Of a stretch of DNA of 64,000 nucleotides, positions 54,995 through 64,000 are shown piece after piece. The stretch comes from Candidatus Zixiibacteriota bacterium. GTDB taxonomy: Bacteria; Zixibacteria; MSB-5A5; GN15; JACZUZ01. Each line of letters starts with the position of its first letter. The first letter of the stretch is position 1. The DNA lies in the NCBI GenBank assembly GCA_024280775.1, contig JAJRPM010000015.1, positions 334,835 through 398,834 of the forward strand, in the 5' to 3' direction. The notes under the pieces were generated by a model. The model searched no databases and was not told the origin of the DNA. It saw only the letters and a list, made by a program, of their open reading frames with translations. The position numbers were made by a program, and so were the translations under genes.

Positions 54995-57241
54995 ATGCGT
55001 TTAGCTAAATATGGCGTGATTGCCGGTTTGTTCCTGATAGCGCAACCTGTTGGCGCTCAATTACTCCCCTGCCCTGATAGCGTTTCTATTTCCCATTGCG
55101 ACCCATTGGAATACGTCTTTTCACCGGATTCGTCAATTGTTGGAGGTGGAGTCATATTCGCGGCGACCTCTACTGGAGACGGGACACTGCAAATCGATTC
55201 ACAAGGGGCGGTGAGTTATTACCCGGGAAGAGCCGATGTGGGTGGAACACTCGTTATCGCGGTAACAGCTACAGATAGTAGCGGCGCCGTCGATGTATGC
55301 GAGACAATGGTGTCGGTAACAAACAATTCCCCTACAATCGTATTGCCACCGAATAGCGCGGTGGCGCGCGGCGCCGCCGACACTGTCTTGGCAACTGGAG
55401 CTGACATTGATCCATGTGACGGATTACGATACTCGCTAGTTGGCGTTACACCGCAACCTTTGGGGTCAGTCACGGTTGACCTTGCCACTGGGATGGTCAT
55501 TTTTGCCGCGGACGATGCCGACGCTCCGGGTCATGACGTCGACTATCACCTAACAGTCGCGGTTTCCGACGGTTTTTTAGCAGACACTGCTACGATGGTA
55601 TATACGGCGCTCTTTCAAGCGCCATTCGCACTACGACTCTCAGAGCCACGTCCAATTCTTCCCGGACATACAACTACAGTAGCTGTAATATATGATGGCG
55701 GCACTGAGCTCATTGATGGCATGGACCTTTCCATTCAGTTTCTATCATCATCGCTGTCAATCCAGAATGTAACCGCAGGGTCGCCTCTTGTTAGAAATGG
55801 ATGGTCTGTCCCTGTTTTCGACACCTCGACCTTGGAGGATTGCGGCTCAGGCTGTCAGCGGAGCGTCCTGCATATCACGACCAATACTATGGCGCCGGGT
55901 TTTGCTCTATCTAGAAGCGCCGCTACTAGATTCCAGCCAGGTGACACTCTCCTTCTAATTGACGTTGAACTACAACTTACTCGCGATGAAAAGGGTAATC
56001 CAAAGCCAATGCGTTGGTACTGGGAAGACTGCAATAGCAACACGCTAACTCTCAGCCGTTCTCAACAGGATATGGTAGTGTATCAAAGTAGACGTGTATT
56101 TGATGTCGCAGGTTCGGGCGGAAGTGGTGTATTCGGATCACGTAAAGAGCTAACAGGCAAAGAAGACGAATATCCACACTTAAGTGGTACGCCTCAATCC
56201 TGTGACAGTATGCCTCACCTACCGGAGGTCACATTTAGTCGATTTGTCGATTTCAAGAACGGGACAATTCGCATTATTTGCGGATGTCCAATTGATGTTA
56301 GAGGCGACCTGAACCTCAACGGACTTACATTTGAAGAAGAAGACCTACAGCTATTCATCGATTATTTTACTGAAGGTGATTCTGTATTCAGCCCACATAT
56401 CGAAGGCTCTGTAGCCTCATCAGAAACAAATGGGGATGGTAAACCGCTGACAGTCTCAGATATGGTATATATGATTCGCGTCATTCAAGGCAATGAGTTG
56501 GAGCCCTGGCGGCTCGCTCACGAACGCGACACCGTAACAATCACTCAACGCGGTGATGACATCTACACCGATATGCAACTCGGGGCTTTGCATCTAGTGT
56601 TCGAAGGCGAAACAAATGTCACTTTGGAAGATGGCGATGATGATGAGCATGGCGGCCATGGTGATAGCAACAATGGCGCTGGTAGTAGTGGCTTACTCAC
56701 CGCTTTCATGGATGAAGACCATGACGACAATGAAGGGTCCCATCACTCCCGCATGACTCTCGAAACCGGGGTTATTGACGGCAACACACATGTCTTGATT
56801 TACAATATCGGTGATAATCAGCTCAAAGCCGGTGAAATTCTAGAGCACGTAAATGCAAAACTTCTATCGGCGGACGCTTCGGATTTCAATGGCTCCTTTG
56901 TGGTAGTTAAGTTTGACTTTGCAACTGATGTCGGTACCACTGGCGATGTGATTCAACCTAATTCATTTGAGCTCAAACAAAACTATCCAAACCCATTCAA
57001 CCCGACCACCACTATCGCGTTCTCATTACCAAAACGCAGTGATGTCGAGCTATCAATTTACAACATGCTCGGCCAAAGAATCCGCACCTTGGTAGAACAA
57101 TCAAAACCCGCAGGCGAACACAGAATCATCTGGGACGGCAAGGACAAAAACGGAGGCACAGTAGCCTCCGGCATGTACCTCTACCGCCTAAAAGCCGGCG
57201 CAGAGATTAGCGTAACCCGAAAGATGGTATTGCTAAAGTAA
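54995..57241 (+). CDS. T9SS-sorted surface protein with cadherin/cohesin-like and dockerin-like modules
   Basis: 748 aa with a signal peptide. Dockerin-like loops GDLNLNGLTFEEEDLQLFIDYF and ETNGDGKPLTVSDMVYMIRVI. Acidic/His-rich insert. C-terminal NYPNPFNPTTTIAFSL...GMYLYRLKAG is a type-A T9SS sorting domain. Confidence 0.8.
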   Translation: MRLAKYGVIAGLFLIAQPVGAQLLPCPDSVSISHCDPLEYVFSPDSSIVGGGVIFAATSTGDGTLQIDSQGAVSYYPGRADVGGTLVIAVTATDSSGAVDVCETMVSVTNNSPTIVLPPNSAVARGAADTVLATGADIDPCDGLRYSLVGVTPQPLGSVTVDLATGMVIFAADDADAPGHDVDYHLTVAVSDGFLADTATMVYTALFQAPFALRLSEPRPILPGHTTTVAVIYDGGTELIDGMDLSIQFLSSSLSIQNVTAGSPLVRNGWSVPVFDTSTLEDCGSGCQRSVLHITTNTMAPGFALSRSAATRFQPGDTLLLIDVELQLTRDEKGNPKPMRWYWEDCNSNTLTLSRSQQDMVVYQSRRVFDVAGSGGSGVFGSRKELTGKEDEYPHLSGTPQSCDSMPHLPEVTFSRFVDFKNGTIRIICGCPIDVRGDLNLNGLTFEEEDLQLFIDYFTEGDSVFSPHIEGSVASSETNGDGKPLTVSDMVYMIRVIQGNELEPWRLAHERDTVTITQRGDDIYTDMQLGALHLVFEGETNVTLEDGDDDEHGGHGDSNNGAGSSGLLTAFMDEDHDDNEGSHHSRMTLETGVIDGNTHVLIYNIGDNQLKAGEILEHVNAKLLSADASDFNGSFVVVKFDFATDVGTTGDVIQPNSFELKQNYPNPFNPTTTIAFSLPKRSDVELSIYNMLGQRIRTLVEQSKPAGEHRIIWDGKDKNGGTVASGMYLYRLKAGAEISVTRKMVLLK

Positions 57242-57341
57242 AGCCACCAGCTTCGACAACCCAATGTACTTCAAGCACTTAGCAAGCCACAAGCAAATAG
57301 TATAGTGTTTTGGAGAGAATGGGAAAAGTGATAAAGTCACC

Positions 57342-57433
57342 TGGCGGGGAAGCCGGGATTCGAACCCGGGGTACGGTATAAACCGCACAATGGATTAGCA
57401 ATCCACCGCCTTCAGCCACTCGGCCACCTCCCC
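57342..57433 (-). tRNA. tRNA-Ser (anticodon GCT)
   Basis: Hand-folded class II tRNA. Acceptor GGGGAGG/CTTCCCC, anticodon loop TTGCTAA, long variable arm TGTGCGGTTTATACCGTAC, T arm CCGGG-TTCGAAT-CCCGG, encoded CCA. Confidence 0.9.
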
Positions 57434-57566
57434 TGCAGGAATCGACGCCCAAAAACCCCGGCGCCGCTTGGCCCGATGATAGCTGAGAGTAGTCGAATTG
57501 TCAATTGATTGGAGCCAATAGAGTTGACTGGCTCTGAATTGGGGCTTAATCAGTACGCGGCGAAGC

Positions 57567-59009
57567 TCAATCGTCGGATTTGTACGGATCCATGACGACC
57601 CGGCCTGAGTAACAGCACATTGAGGTGGGACCACGTTCTTCTTTGATATCCTGGTAGACAATACCAAATTGGGCCTTAACGCCGGGATATATTAGCTTGG
57701 TAGCGATGATTCTGGCGTCCTGCAAGGCGTCCATTTCAGCGGTCAGTTTAGCTTTGATGACATTCAATCCTTTGATATTCGCAGGCAAATCCTTACTAAA
57801 CTCACGTAGTTTTACCAAAGCGGCTTTCTTTGACTCAGGCAATGCGCCATTTAGTTCTAAGCGCACCATATCATATATCGCCTTTTTGACCCGCTGTTCG
57901 TCTTCTGTGAGACGCTCGACCTCTTCTTCAACTTCGGCCAACTCCTGGCGCAGTTTCTCATCCCCGGCGACTCTTAGAGTAGTTAAGGTCCACACGTCGT
58001 TCCCCAGCATCGCGGCTTTGATTTCTTTTTCAGCGATTACCTCACCGCCATTGATACGGCCCTCTGGTGAGGTAACAATCACCTTGCCACCGGCTTCAAG
58101 GCGCGAATTTAGGGCGTCACCGCCAATCTTAATATCATGCCCTGCGATGACATGCTGGCCCTCAACATGTTGAATGGTCACATTGCCTTCTGCTTTGACC
58201 AGCCCGTTGCCCTGACCAGTGAAACCAGATTTTATGAGTATGTTTCCACTGGAAATAACTTCAGCGTCTTCAACCGAACCGTGGATTTCTATGTCACCTT
58301 CGGCATGAACTTTGAATCCGGACCGCACATCGCCGTTGATTCTCACCGAACCCGGAGAATGAATGTTGCCAGTAGAAAAATCGACATTTTCGGAGATTGA
58401 GACGACGTCTCTAACAGATACCTGATTGCCGCGAGTGAACACAATCGCTCCGCTGGCAGTGGCAATCAACTCAAGACCATCATCGGAGATTTTTGTATTA
58501 GAGCCTTTTTGTAGTAAGCGATCTCTTCCCTCCTGGGCTGAAATCTCACTGCCATCGACACCCTTGCCGGGAACTCCCTTTGTAGGAAGAGTCCGCTTCA
58601 TCAGCGTACTCCCCTCTTTTATTCCTTGCAGAAAGTTTACTTCATGGTAATCAATTCTTCCAGAGCTATCGGCCTTCGGGCTGTGGTCGGGGGATACATC
58701 AAACATGCAGGTGATCTGCGCGTCTTGGCCAACTACTGGCGAAGTTCCTTCCGCAACAATCACCAGCTCATCGAAAGGACCTTCCAAAGGTAACCGTTCT
58801 ATGACCTCTGCTTTTATGCCATGGCAAACTTGCGCCTTTTCCAATTCGCTCTTAATCTCTTCAACTGTAATAGGAGCTTCTGACTTGCCAGTCTCTGGCA
58901 GTCTGATGGATGCGGTTAGACGATCACTGCTAATATTTATGGCGATACGCGAAGCGCCTGTATCGGTCTTTGCTTGGGATGACGAATCTGTCTCTGCCAT
59001 ATTTTTCAC
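57567..59009 (-). CDS. DUF342 (FapA-like) beta-helix protein
   Basis: 480 aa. Repeated G-[DN]-[IV] beta-helix turns (GNIHSPGSVRINGDVRSGFKVHAEGDIEIHGSV...) and a C-terminal coiled coil, as in DUF342/FapA. Confidence 0.7.
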   Translation of the reverse strand: MKNMAETDSSSQAKTDTGASRIAINISSDRLTASIRLPETGKSEAPITVEEIKSELEKAQVCHGIKAEVIERLPLEGPFDELVIVAEGTSPVVGQDAQITCMFDVSPDHSPKADSSGRIDYHEVNFLQGIKEGSTLMKRTLPTKGVPGKGVDGSEISAQEGRDRLLQKGSNTKISDDGLELIATASGAIVFTRGNQVSVRDVVSISENVDFSTGNIHSPGSVRINGDVRSGFKVHAEGDIEIHGSVEDAEVISSGNILIKSGFTGQGNGLVKAEGNVTIQHVEGQHVIAGHDIKIGGDALNSRLEAGGKVIVTSPEGRINGGEVIAEKEIKAAMLGNDVWTLTTLRVAGDEKLRQELAEVEEEVERLTEDEQRVKKAIYDMVRLELNGALPESKKAALVKLREFSKDLPANIKGLNVIKAKLTAEMDALQDARIIATKLIYPGVKAQFGIVYQDIKEERGPTSMCCYSGRVVMDPYKSDD

Positions 59010-59033
59010 TTCTGTCCTGTATTAGGCCTTGAA

Positions 59034-59468
59034 CTACACTGATGTCGTATCGGATTGTCCAGAGACAAGAGAAGTTGAATCACTTTTGGCGCCACGCATT
59101 CTCCAATAGACTCGTTCCACAATAACTGCAATCTCGAACCCCTTGAATGGTTTCGTTATATACTCATCAGCCCCGAGTAGCATTGCGTCTTTTACCGTAT
59201 ACATATCACCATAACCAGTCATCAGAATAACACCGATTCCCGGAAATTTTTCTTTTGTGTACTTCAAGAGAACATAACCGCTCTCCTCGGGCATTTTGAT
59301 ATCAGAGACTATGACATCGAATGCCCGCGAATCTAGAGCCGTTCGAGCTTCCGCAACGCTTGAAGCGCACTGAATCTCGTAACCCTCACGCTCAAGAATA
59401 CTATTCAATAAATTTCGCAGAGTCTCTTCGTCATCAACTACAAGTACTCTAATGCTTCCTCGCATCAT
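59034..59468 (-). CDS. CheY-like single-domain response regulator
   Basis: 144 aa. VLVVDDEE, VIVSDIKMP, MTGY, ITKPF. Confidence 0.85.
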   Translation of the reverse strand: MMRGSIRVLVVDDEETLRNLLNSILEREGYEIQCASSVAEARTALDSRAFDVIVSDIKMPEESGYVLLKYTKEKFPGIGVILMTGYGDMYTVKDAMLLGADEYITKPFKGFEIAVIVERVYWRMRGAKSDSTSLVSGQSDTTSV

Positions 59469-59667
59469 TCCCTCCGAACTTCCATTACATAAAGTTCGCT
59501 ATGCAAAGTGGACGGGTGATAATCTTACTACTAGTATCGGCGCTGGCGTCAATCAATTGAGAGAGCGTAGGGTTTAGCCGTCTCAAATTGAAACAAACCG
59601 CAATACAGCCCTCGTAAGCGCATAAAGTGTCTTATTCTTACACAATTGCAGATGGCAAAATATTCCC

Positions 59668-60114
59668 TCATCGGTCGGCAAGTAAGTCCGCCACGCTATC
59701 GAGAAACTCTTCTACATCAACCGGTTTTTCCAATATGATACGCGCCCCAGCGCAACCGGATTCTGTTTTCATCTTGTCGGTTGCGTTTCCAGTTACTATC
59801 ATAATTGGCAGATGAGGATTGAGCTCTTTCAAACGCTTAACAGTCTCTACCCCAGAGAGCTCAGGCATCACCAGGTCGACTGTCGCAAAATCATAGTCGA
59901 TCTCCTTGGCTCTTTCTATTGCCTCAATACCGTTGTAACACAAATCCACGCTCAGTTCCGGAGCTAACTCACAGAACTCCTGCAGGACACTCCCGACCCA
60001 GGGTTCATCATCGATGATTAGGCCCCGAAATACCTTTTTATGCGCAAGAGACAATTCAGCTATTCGCTTGCACTGTTTCAATTCAAATCTGTTTTGCACG
60101 TTGAGCGCCTCCAT
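59668..60114 (-). CDS. CheY-like response regulator with short N-terminal extension
   Basis: 148 aa. LIIDDEP, ATVDLVMP, VTGN, LEKP. Confidence 0.8.
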   Translation of the reverse strand: MEALNVQNRFELKQCKRIAELSLAHKKVFRGLIIDDEPWVGSVLQEFCELAPELSVDLCYNGIEAIERAKEIDYDFATVDLVMPELSGVETVKRLKELNPHLPIMIVTGNATDKMKTESGCAGARIILEKPVDVEEFLDSVADLLADR

Positions 60115-60161
60115 GTCGCTTCATATTCCTAATATCAGGCATCATTTCCCAGCCCTTGTTT

Positions 60162-60671
60162 CTAACGCGACTCAAGTCGGTCTATACTCTCTAGCACACG
60201 TTCGCTTTGATTCAGTATTGATTCGAGTTCTTTCTTCAGTTTTACCGCTTTGCGGAAATCACTTTCCATCGCTGAGACTATCGGCTCGCCGGAATTTATA
60301 GCGTTTATCATACCACCAATTTCACGCGAGGCTTTGACTGCCTGATTGGTCAAAGTGGACAGATCAGACTTGACACGCTTCAAGTCGACAGAGGAGCTTC
60401 GTGTTTTAGCTGATTCAATAGCGACATTCAGCGAGACTAATTTTAGCTGGTCCGCTAGTTCAAGCGCGCGCTTGGCGCTAAGCAATGCGTCAGCCCGGCG
60501 CAGGCGCTCTTGAGTTTCAGCATCGGCGGATACTCCGCTTGCATCTTCTAATACTTCTTCGTTATCGCCATATTTGTCAGAGAGGGAATCTACGACTCTC
60601 GCCGAAGTAGTTGAGTCACCTACTTTGTCCTTAGTCCCGTCATCCTTCAATCCGCTATCTTTGATATCCAT
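60162..60671 (-). CDS. coiled-coil protein with MCP signalling-tip-like segment
   Basis: 169 aa. LADQLKLVSLNVAIESAKT parallels the ADQTNLLALNAAIEAARAG hairpin tip of chemoreceptors. No sensor, TM or methylation helices. Confidence 0.5.
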   Translation of the reverse strand: MDIKDSGLKDDGTKDKVGDSTTSARVVDSLSDKYGDNEEVLEDASGVSADAETQERLRRADALLSAKRALELADQLKLVSLNVAIESAKTRSSSVDLKRVKSDLSTLTNQAVKASREIGGMINAINSGEPIVSAMESDFRKAVKLKKELESILNQSERVLESIDRLESR

Positions 60672-60734
60672 GCTTCTTCCCGCTCGTCATTTGTGGTCGT
60701 TCACTAAAGCTGTGTTGCAAGTTCTAGGAGGACA

Positions 60735-61367
60735 CTATTTCAGTTTCATTATCTTTAGTATATCTGTCGCCAACTTATCAGCCGCGCGCCATTCCAATTT
60801 CGTGAAAAGCCCTTGTTTCTCAGATGCCGCGGTTCGCAAACCCGGGACATTAGGGTCTTCCTCAAAAGGCTCCCACCGTGAGCGATTCTTAAGAGTTATT
60901 TCGAAGTCTTTCTGTAAGACCATACGCCCTTTCTCAGTATCAACGATACGTAGCGTTCCGCGAAGAGCCGCAACCTGCGAGTAGCGAGACAGTATCAAAG
61001 GGATTGAAAGTCCTTTGCGCATCTCAAGCGTCTCACTGAGATTCTCAACTACTATGACATATCTGGCGCGATATTCAGCTCCTACTCTGGCGAGAAAGTC
61101 AGAGCTAACATAGCTCGAACCTGAGACACTGGTTTTCCAACTCGAATCTGAGACAATATCAAACTCCACCCCGCGATAACCTGAAAGCCTATCAAGTAGC
61201 TTGGTGGTCAAGTCTGGCGTACTCCATGCGGAGACCGGCTTTCCTACATGCATGATTGCATACAGGTCTGCGGCGACACTCTTCTGAAAGACACCAGCGC
61301 AAACAGTCCAGCAAACACTGCAAACTACTGTCAGCAGGAATAGACGTGATGCCTGCTGTTTTCGCAT
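60735..61367 (-). CDS. secreted/lipoprotein-like hypothetical protein
   Basis: ATG at 61367 gives MRKQQASRLFLLTVVCSVCWTVCAG (signal/lipobox-like). The track ORF extends to TTG 61451 through a tandem-repeat region. Confidence 0.55.
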   Translation of the reverse strand: MRKQQASRLFLLTVVCSVCWTVCAGVFQKSVAADLYAIMHVGKPVSAWSTPDLTTKLLDRLSGYRGVEFDIVSDSSWKTSVSGSSYVSSDFLARVGAEYRARYVIVVENLSETLEMRKGLSIPLILSRYSQVAALRGTLRIVDTEKGRMVLQKDFEITLKNRSRWEPFEEDPNVPGLRTAASEKQGLFTKLEWRAADKLATDILKIMKLK

Positions 61368-61374
61368 GAGCTTT

Positions 61375-61433
61375 GTATGTCTTCTCACTGTATGTCTTCT
61401 CACTGTATGTCTTCTCATTGTGTATCTCATTGT
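61375..61433. repeat. 15-bp tandem repeat (3 full units plus a degenerate unit)
   Basis: tgtatgtcttctcac x2, tgtatgtcttctcat, then tgtgtatctcattgt. On the minus strand this is GTGAGAAGACATACA, in frame as VRRHT. Confidence 0.9.
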
Positions 61434-61447
61434 ACTACTTCCAGACT

Positions 61448-61957
61448 TCAAATAGTTGGTCTCGATTGATTCGCCTGTGACGTTACATACTTGGCTAAGG
61501 CGCTTTCAGCTTGCATTACGAATTTATTGAAACGGGAATCAAGTAACTCAAGCTCACCGCCTGAAAGAACATCCTGAAGCTGATCGCGCCCAATAAACGA
61601 CATTCCCATCACACCCACACCATCGACAATATCAACTCTCCTAACAATAGCGAGCACATCGGAGAGGCGCACATCGCCCTGCAGAGTGAAAGTCAGCGCA
61701 ACGAGAGAACCAGCGGCTACAATATCAGAAGAATCTATTAACGCCCCACCGGATGACAAATTGAGAATCCTTCCCTCACGAACTTCTTCAATTCCCTCGG
61801 GAGCAAAAGAATCACCTGGCTGTTTGATTTCCAGGAAAGTTACCGGCTCGGCGAGCTCCAATCGGACATATTTGCGATGTCCGTCTGACTCAAGAGTAAA
61901 CGGTGAACTTACTTTCACATTTCCGTCAAGTATTTCCATCTTGTTTATGAATCCCAT
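61448..61957 (-). CDS. PilZ-domain protein
   Basis: 169 aa. RKYVR (RxxxR) and LNLSSGGALI (D/NxSxxG). Confidence 0.8.
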   Translation of the reverse strand: MGFINKMEILDGNVKVSSPFTLESDGHRKYVRLELAEPVTFLEIKQPGDSFAPEGIEEVREGRILNLSSGGALIDSSDIVAAGSLVALTFTLQGDVRLSDVLAIVRRVDIVDGVGVMGMSFIGRDQLQDVLSGGELELLDSRFNKFVMQAESALAKYVTSQANQSRPTI

Positions 61958-62027
61958 TTTACGCCAGTCTTTCCTTGTTAGATGTTACAATCATCTTCCC
62001 TAATGAGTCGCCCTGATGGACTGTTGC

Positions 62028-62792
62028 TTACATTCTTCCTTCTTGCCGCATTTTTAATTCATACTCGAAAACATACTTGCTAAAACTATTAAGTGTAATT
62101 TCGCTTAGCTTTTTGAATTCTTCAGGTATTAGATCTATTTCCTCAGGTAGTAAGAAACTCTTCATCCCTCTGCGGGTTATGAATTCAACGCCCATAAAGG
62201 TCAGGTCACCCATTCGCTGAAGACGTCTCCAGGAGGCCAACATATACTTAGGCGCCACCGGCAATTGCTCTCGGTTAACTTTCAAGACCAACACATCACC
62301 CACCAAGCAAGAGGGAACTGTCTTGATAAGCGCTCCGGAGAAAGAGAAGTTATCCGAAACTGTCTCGTCCCAAACAAGCTTCTTCAAGTCAATCGGCTTT
62401 GAAATGAGACGGGTAATCACGGCAACTTCCATTTTCAACCTTAGCGGGACTCTTACCGCAGTACGGCGCTGTATATGGCGAGCGCCGCCTAGAACCCGAA
62501 TTGTCAAATATTGCCGTCCGGCGTGAACTCCTGTATCTAGTATCCCGTCAAATTTGAATAGCCCCTGGTCACGGGTAAAAGTGGCCTCGACACGCTCTCC
62601 ATAGCGAAGTTTTTGCTGAGCATCCGGAAATGAGACATAGAGCATCCTCTCAGAGAAATCCTCCACGCGCACCTCGAACGAATCATTGGACTCGTCTTTC
62701 ATGTATCGCACCTGGATTTTGTCCCAAATCCCCAGGCGCTCGATGCATGTAGTCGGGCGTTGTCTTCTTTTTTCACCGGTGTTCGCTGACAT
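62028..62792 (-). CDS. YcgR-like two-domain PilZ protein
   Basis: 254 aa. N-terminal PilZN-like beta-barrel, then RRTAVRV (RxxxR) and DNFSFSGALI (DxSxxG). Confidence 0.75.
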   Translation of the reverse strand: MSANTGEKRRQRPTTCIERLGIWDKIQVRYMKDESNDSFEVRVEDFSERMLYVSFPDAQQKLRYGERVEATFTRDQGLFKFDGILDTGVHAGRQYLTIRVLGGARHIQRRTAVRVPLRLKMEVAVITRLISKPIDLKKLVWDETVSDNFSFSGALIKTVPSCLVGDVLVLKVNREQLPVAPKYMLASWRRLQRMGDLTFMGVEFITRRGMKSFLLPEEIDLIPEEFKKLSEITLNSFSKYVFEYELKMRQEGRM

Positions 62793-62847
62793 ATCTATTC
62801 CAACTCTAAATACTTTGCAAGAGTTAGCGCGTGTTCTGCAAAACTGC

Positions 62848-64000
62848 TTATTGCGCTAGCGCTTCTTTTCTTGCCTCACGATTGACTTGACTCTGCTCCA
62901 TCGCAAGCTCCAAAATCTTTCGCGCTAAAGCTGTTCTTGATTTGTCGTCTTGATATCTACGAACAAACTCTTGTCCAACTTTCAAGGCGCTATTGAAGAA
63001 ATCCTGCGCCTGGTCATAATTTCCGATCCTACGTGACAATGCGGCTATCAAATAGCACACCTGAACTTGTTGATTACCAGCTGATACCTCCTTGCCATCC
63101 TCCAGCGCCGACTGATAACATTCTGCCGCAAACTTCAAGGCTTCACGCTCATTGAGCGGAACGCCGTCCCACTTTTGTTTTAGCAACGACAAGAGTGTGA
63201 ACACATCTAGAACACCGCTATTCGAAGCGCCACTCTCGCCTGATTCATCCTGATCCTGGCTTTGCGCCGATAGCTCCTTAGAGAGCGCATCCGCCAACTC
63301 GAAAAGCTTGGCCTCATGAGCAATGATTGATTCCTGAGATTCACGCAGGCGCGTGGCTTTTTCTTCGCTGGAACCGGCCCCATTTGAAGCGCTACTTTCA
63401 ACTTCTTCAAAAAGAGCTTTGCGCGCTGTTCGCAGGGCCTCAAGAGAATCGCTCCACATCTTCATCTTACTATCAATACCAGAACCAGCGTCACTAGAGC
63501 TTGCCTCTGTTACTGACGGAGAGCCCCCCATTCCGCGGAACACCCAACCAATGCGGATATAGAGCCTTCCCATATCTAAGTTTGAAGGACGCTCGTTTAG
63601 CTTTTCATCAAAAATTGCTAGCAACAACCTTGCTATCGCAGTCTCAGTGGGGCGCTTCTTGGCGTCAATCATCTCCCCGAGTTGCTTTATTATCGAGCCA
63701 TCCTTCGCCAACTCTTCGAGATGGCTTTCCTTCACACGCTTGAGACGATAGGTTTTGAAGGTTGTGTCTTTCTGCCAGCCTTTGAAAGCGTCGTTGAATT
63801 CACGACTATAGAGGCAATTCGGACAGGTGGCCACAAAGAACATCAATGGGTTACAATTGGCATATTCGGGGAAGCGCCACTTAATGTCCAACGGACAAAA
63901 GTCTGTGTCGCGACCGGACTCTACATAGGCCCCCACGCGAATCGTTTCAAACCGATTCTCTTTCTTGCAAATTGGACACTCAACTGTCGTGTTAAAAAAT
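62848..64000 (-). CDS. DUF2225-like zinc-ribbon plus TPR protein (5' end outside window)
   Basis: The reading frame stays open upstream of GTG 63936 to the window edge (...TTVECPICKKENRFETIRVGAYV...). Second Cys pair ATCPNCLY. C-terminal TPR-like helices. Confidence 0.6.
   Translation of the reverse strand, partial: FFNTTVECPICKKENRFETIRVGAYVESGRDTDFCPLDIKWRFPEYANCNPLMFFVATCPNCLYSREFNDAFKGWQKDTTFKTYRLKRVKESHLEELAKDGSIIKQLGEMIDAKKRPTETAIARLLLAIFDEKLNERPSNLDMGRLYIRIGWVFRGMGGSPSVTEASSSDAGSGIDSKMKMWSDSLEALRTARKALFEEVESSASNGAGSSEEKATRLRESQESIIAHEAKLFELADALSKELSAQSQDQDESGESGASNSGVLDVFTLLSLLKQKWDGVPLNEREALKFAAECYQSALEDGKEVSAGNQQVQVCYLIAALSRRIGNYDQAQDFFNSALKVGQEFVRRYQDDKSRTALARKILELAMEQSQVNREARKEALAQ

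Noticed and set aside
57395-57667. 90-aa ORF on the minus strand (57395..57667).
   Set aside because: It overlaps tRNA-Ser(GCT) and the end of the DUF342 gene, so it is an artefact.
1-64000. CRISPR arrays, rRNA genes, transposases or IS elements, toxin-antitoxin pairs, reverse transcriptases.
   Set aside because: I looked for regularly spaced repeats and for the relevant protein motifs in the ORF track and found none. The only tandem repeats are the short arrays already reported at 17.4, 45.9 and 61.4 kb.

Overview
The window looks like a chromosomal segment from an uncultivated, probably FCB-type bacterium. That guess rests on the T9SS C-terminal sorting domain, the cohesin/dockerin-like surface proteins and the many multihaem cytochromes. 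It is not checked by any search. In order, the window holds: (1) a DEAD-box helicase and a membrane phosphoesterase. (2) A roughly 12 kb exopolysaccharide locus at 3.1-15.2 kb with a CapK-like ligase, GT4/GT2 transferases, heparinase II/III-like, AsnB-like and sugar dehydrogenase genes, plus one frameshifted GT4. (3) An orphan Cas4-like PD-(D/E)XK nuclease, a cohesin-like secreted protein and a TPR lipoprotein. (4) A phage-like head-assembly module at 19.4-29.7 kb (portal, TerL, protease fusion, scaffold-like, DUF2190, HK97-type capsid) with no recognisable tail, integrase or replication genes, followed by large secreted dockerin-bearing proteins. (5) A REC-GAF-HD-GYP regulator, a divergent PGK-like gene, thiamine pyrophosphokinase and tRNA-Gln. 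(6) A redox-regulation and respiration block at 41.4-54.2 kb. It holds a sigma54 response regulator, a histidine kinase with a dihaem periplasmic sensor and an Rrf2 regulator. It also holds a tetrahaem cytochrome, a CcmF-like protein, Rieske, cytochrome b, a nonahaem cytochrome and an ImcH-like heptahaem cytochrome. (7) An amidase, a T9SS cargo protein and tRNA-Ser. (8) A minus-strand signalling operon at 57.6-64 kb: DUF2225, two PilZ proteins, a lipoprotein, a mini-MCP-like protein, two CheY-like proteins and DUF342. No CRISPR array, rRNA gene or transposase was seen. All family calls come from motifs read by eye, and no database search was run.
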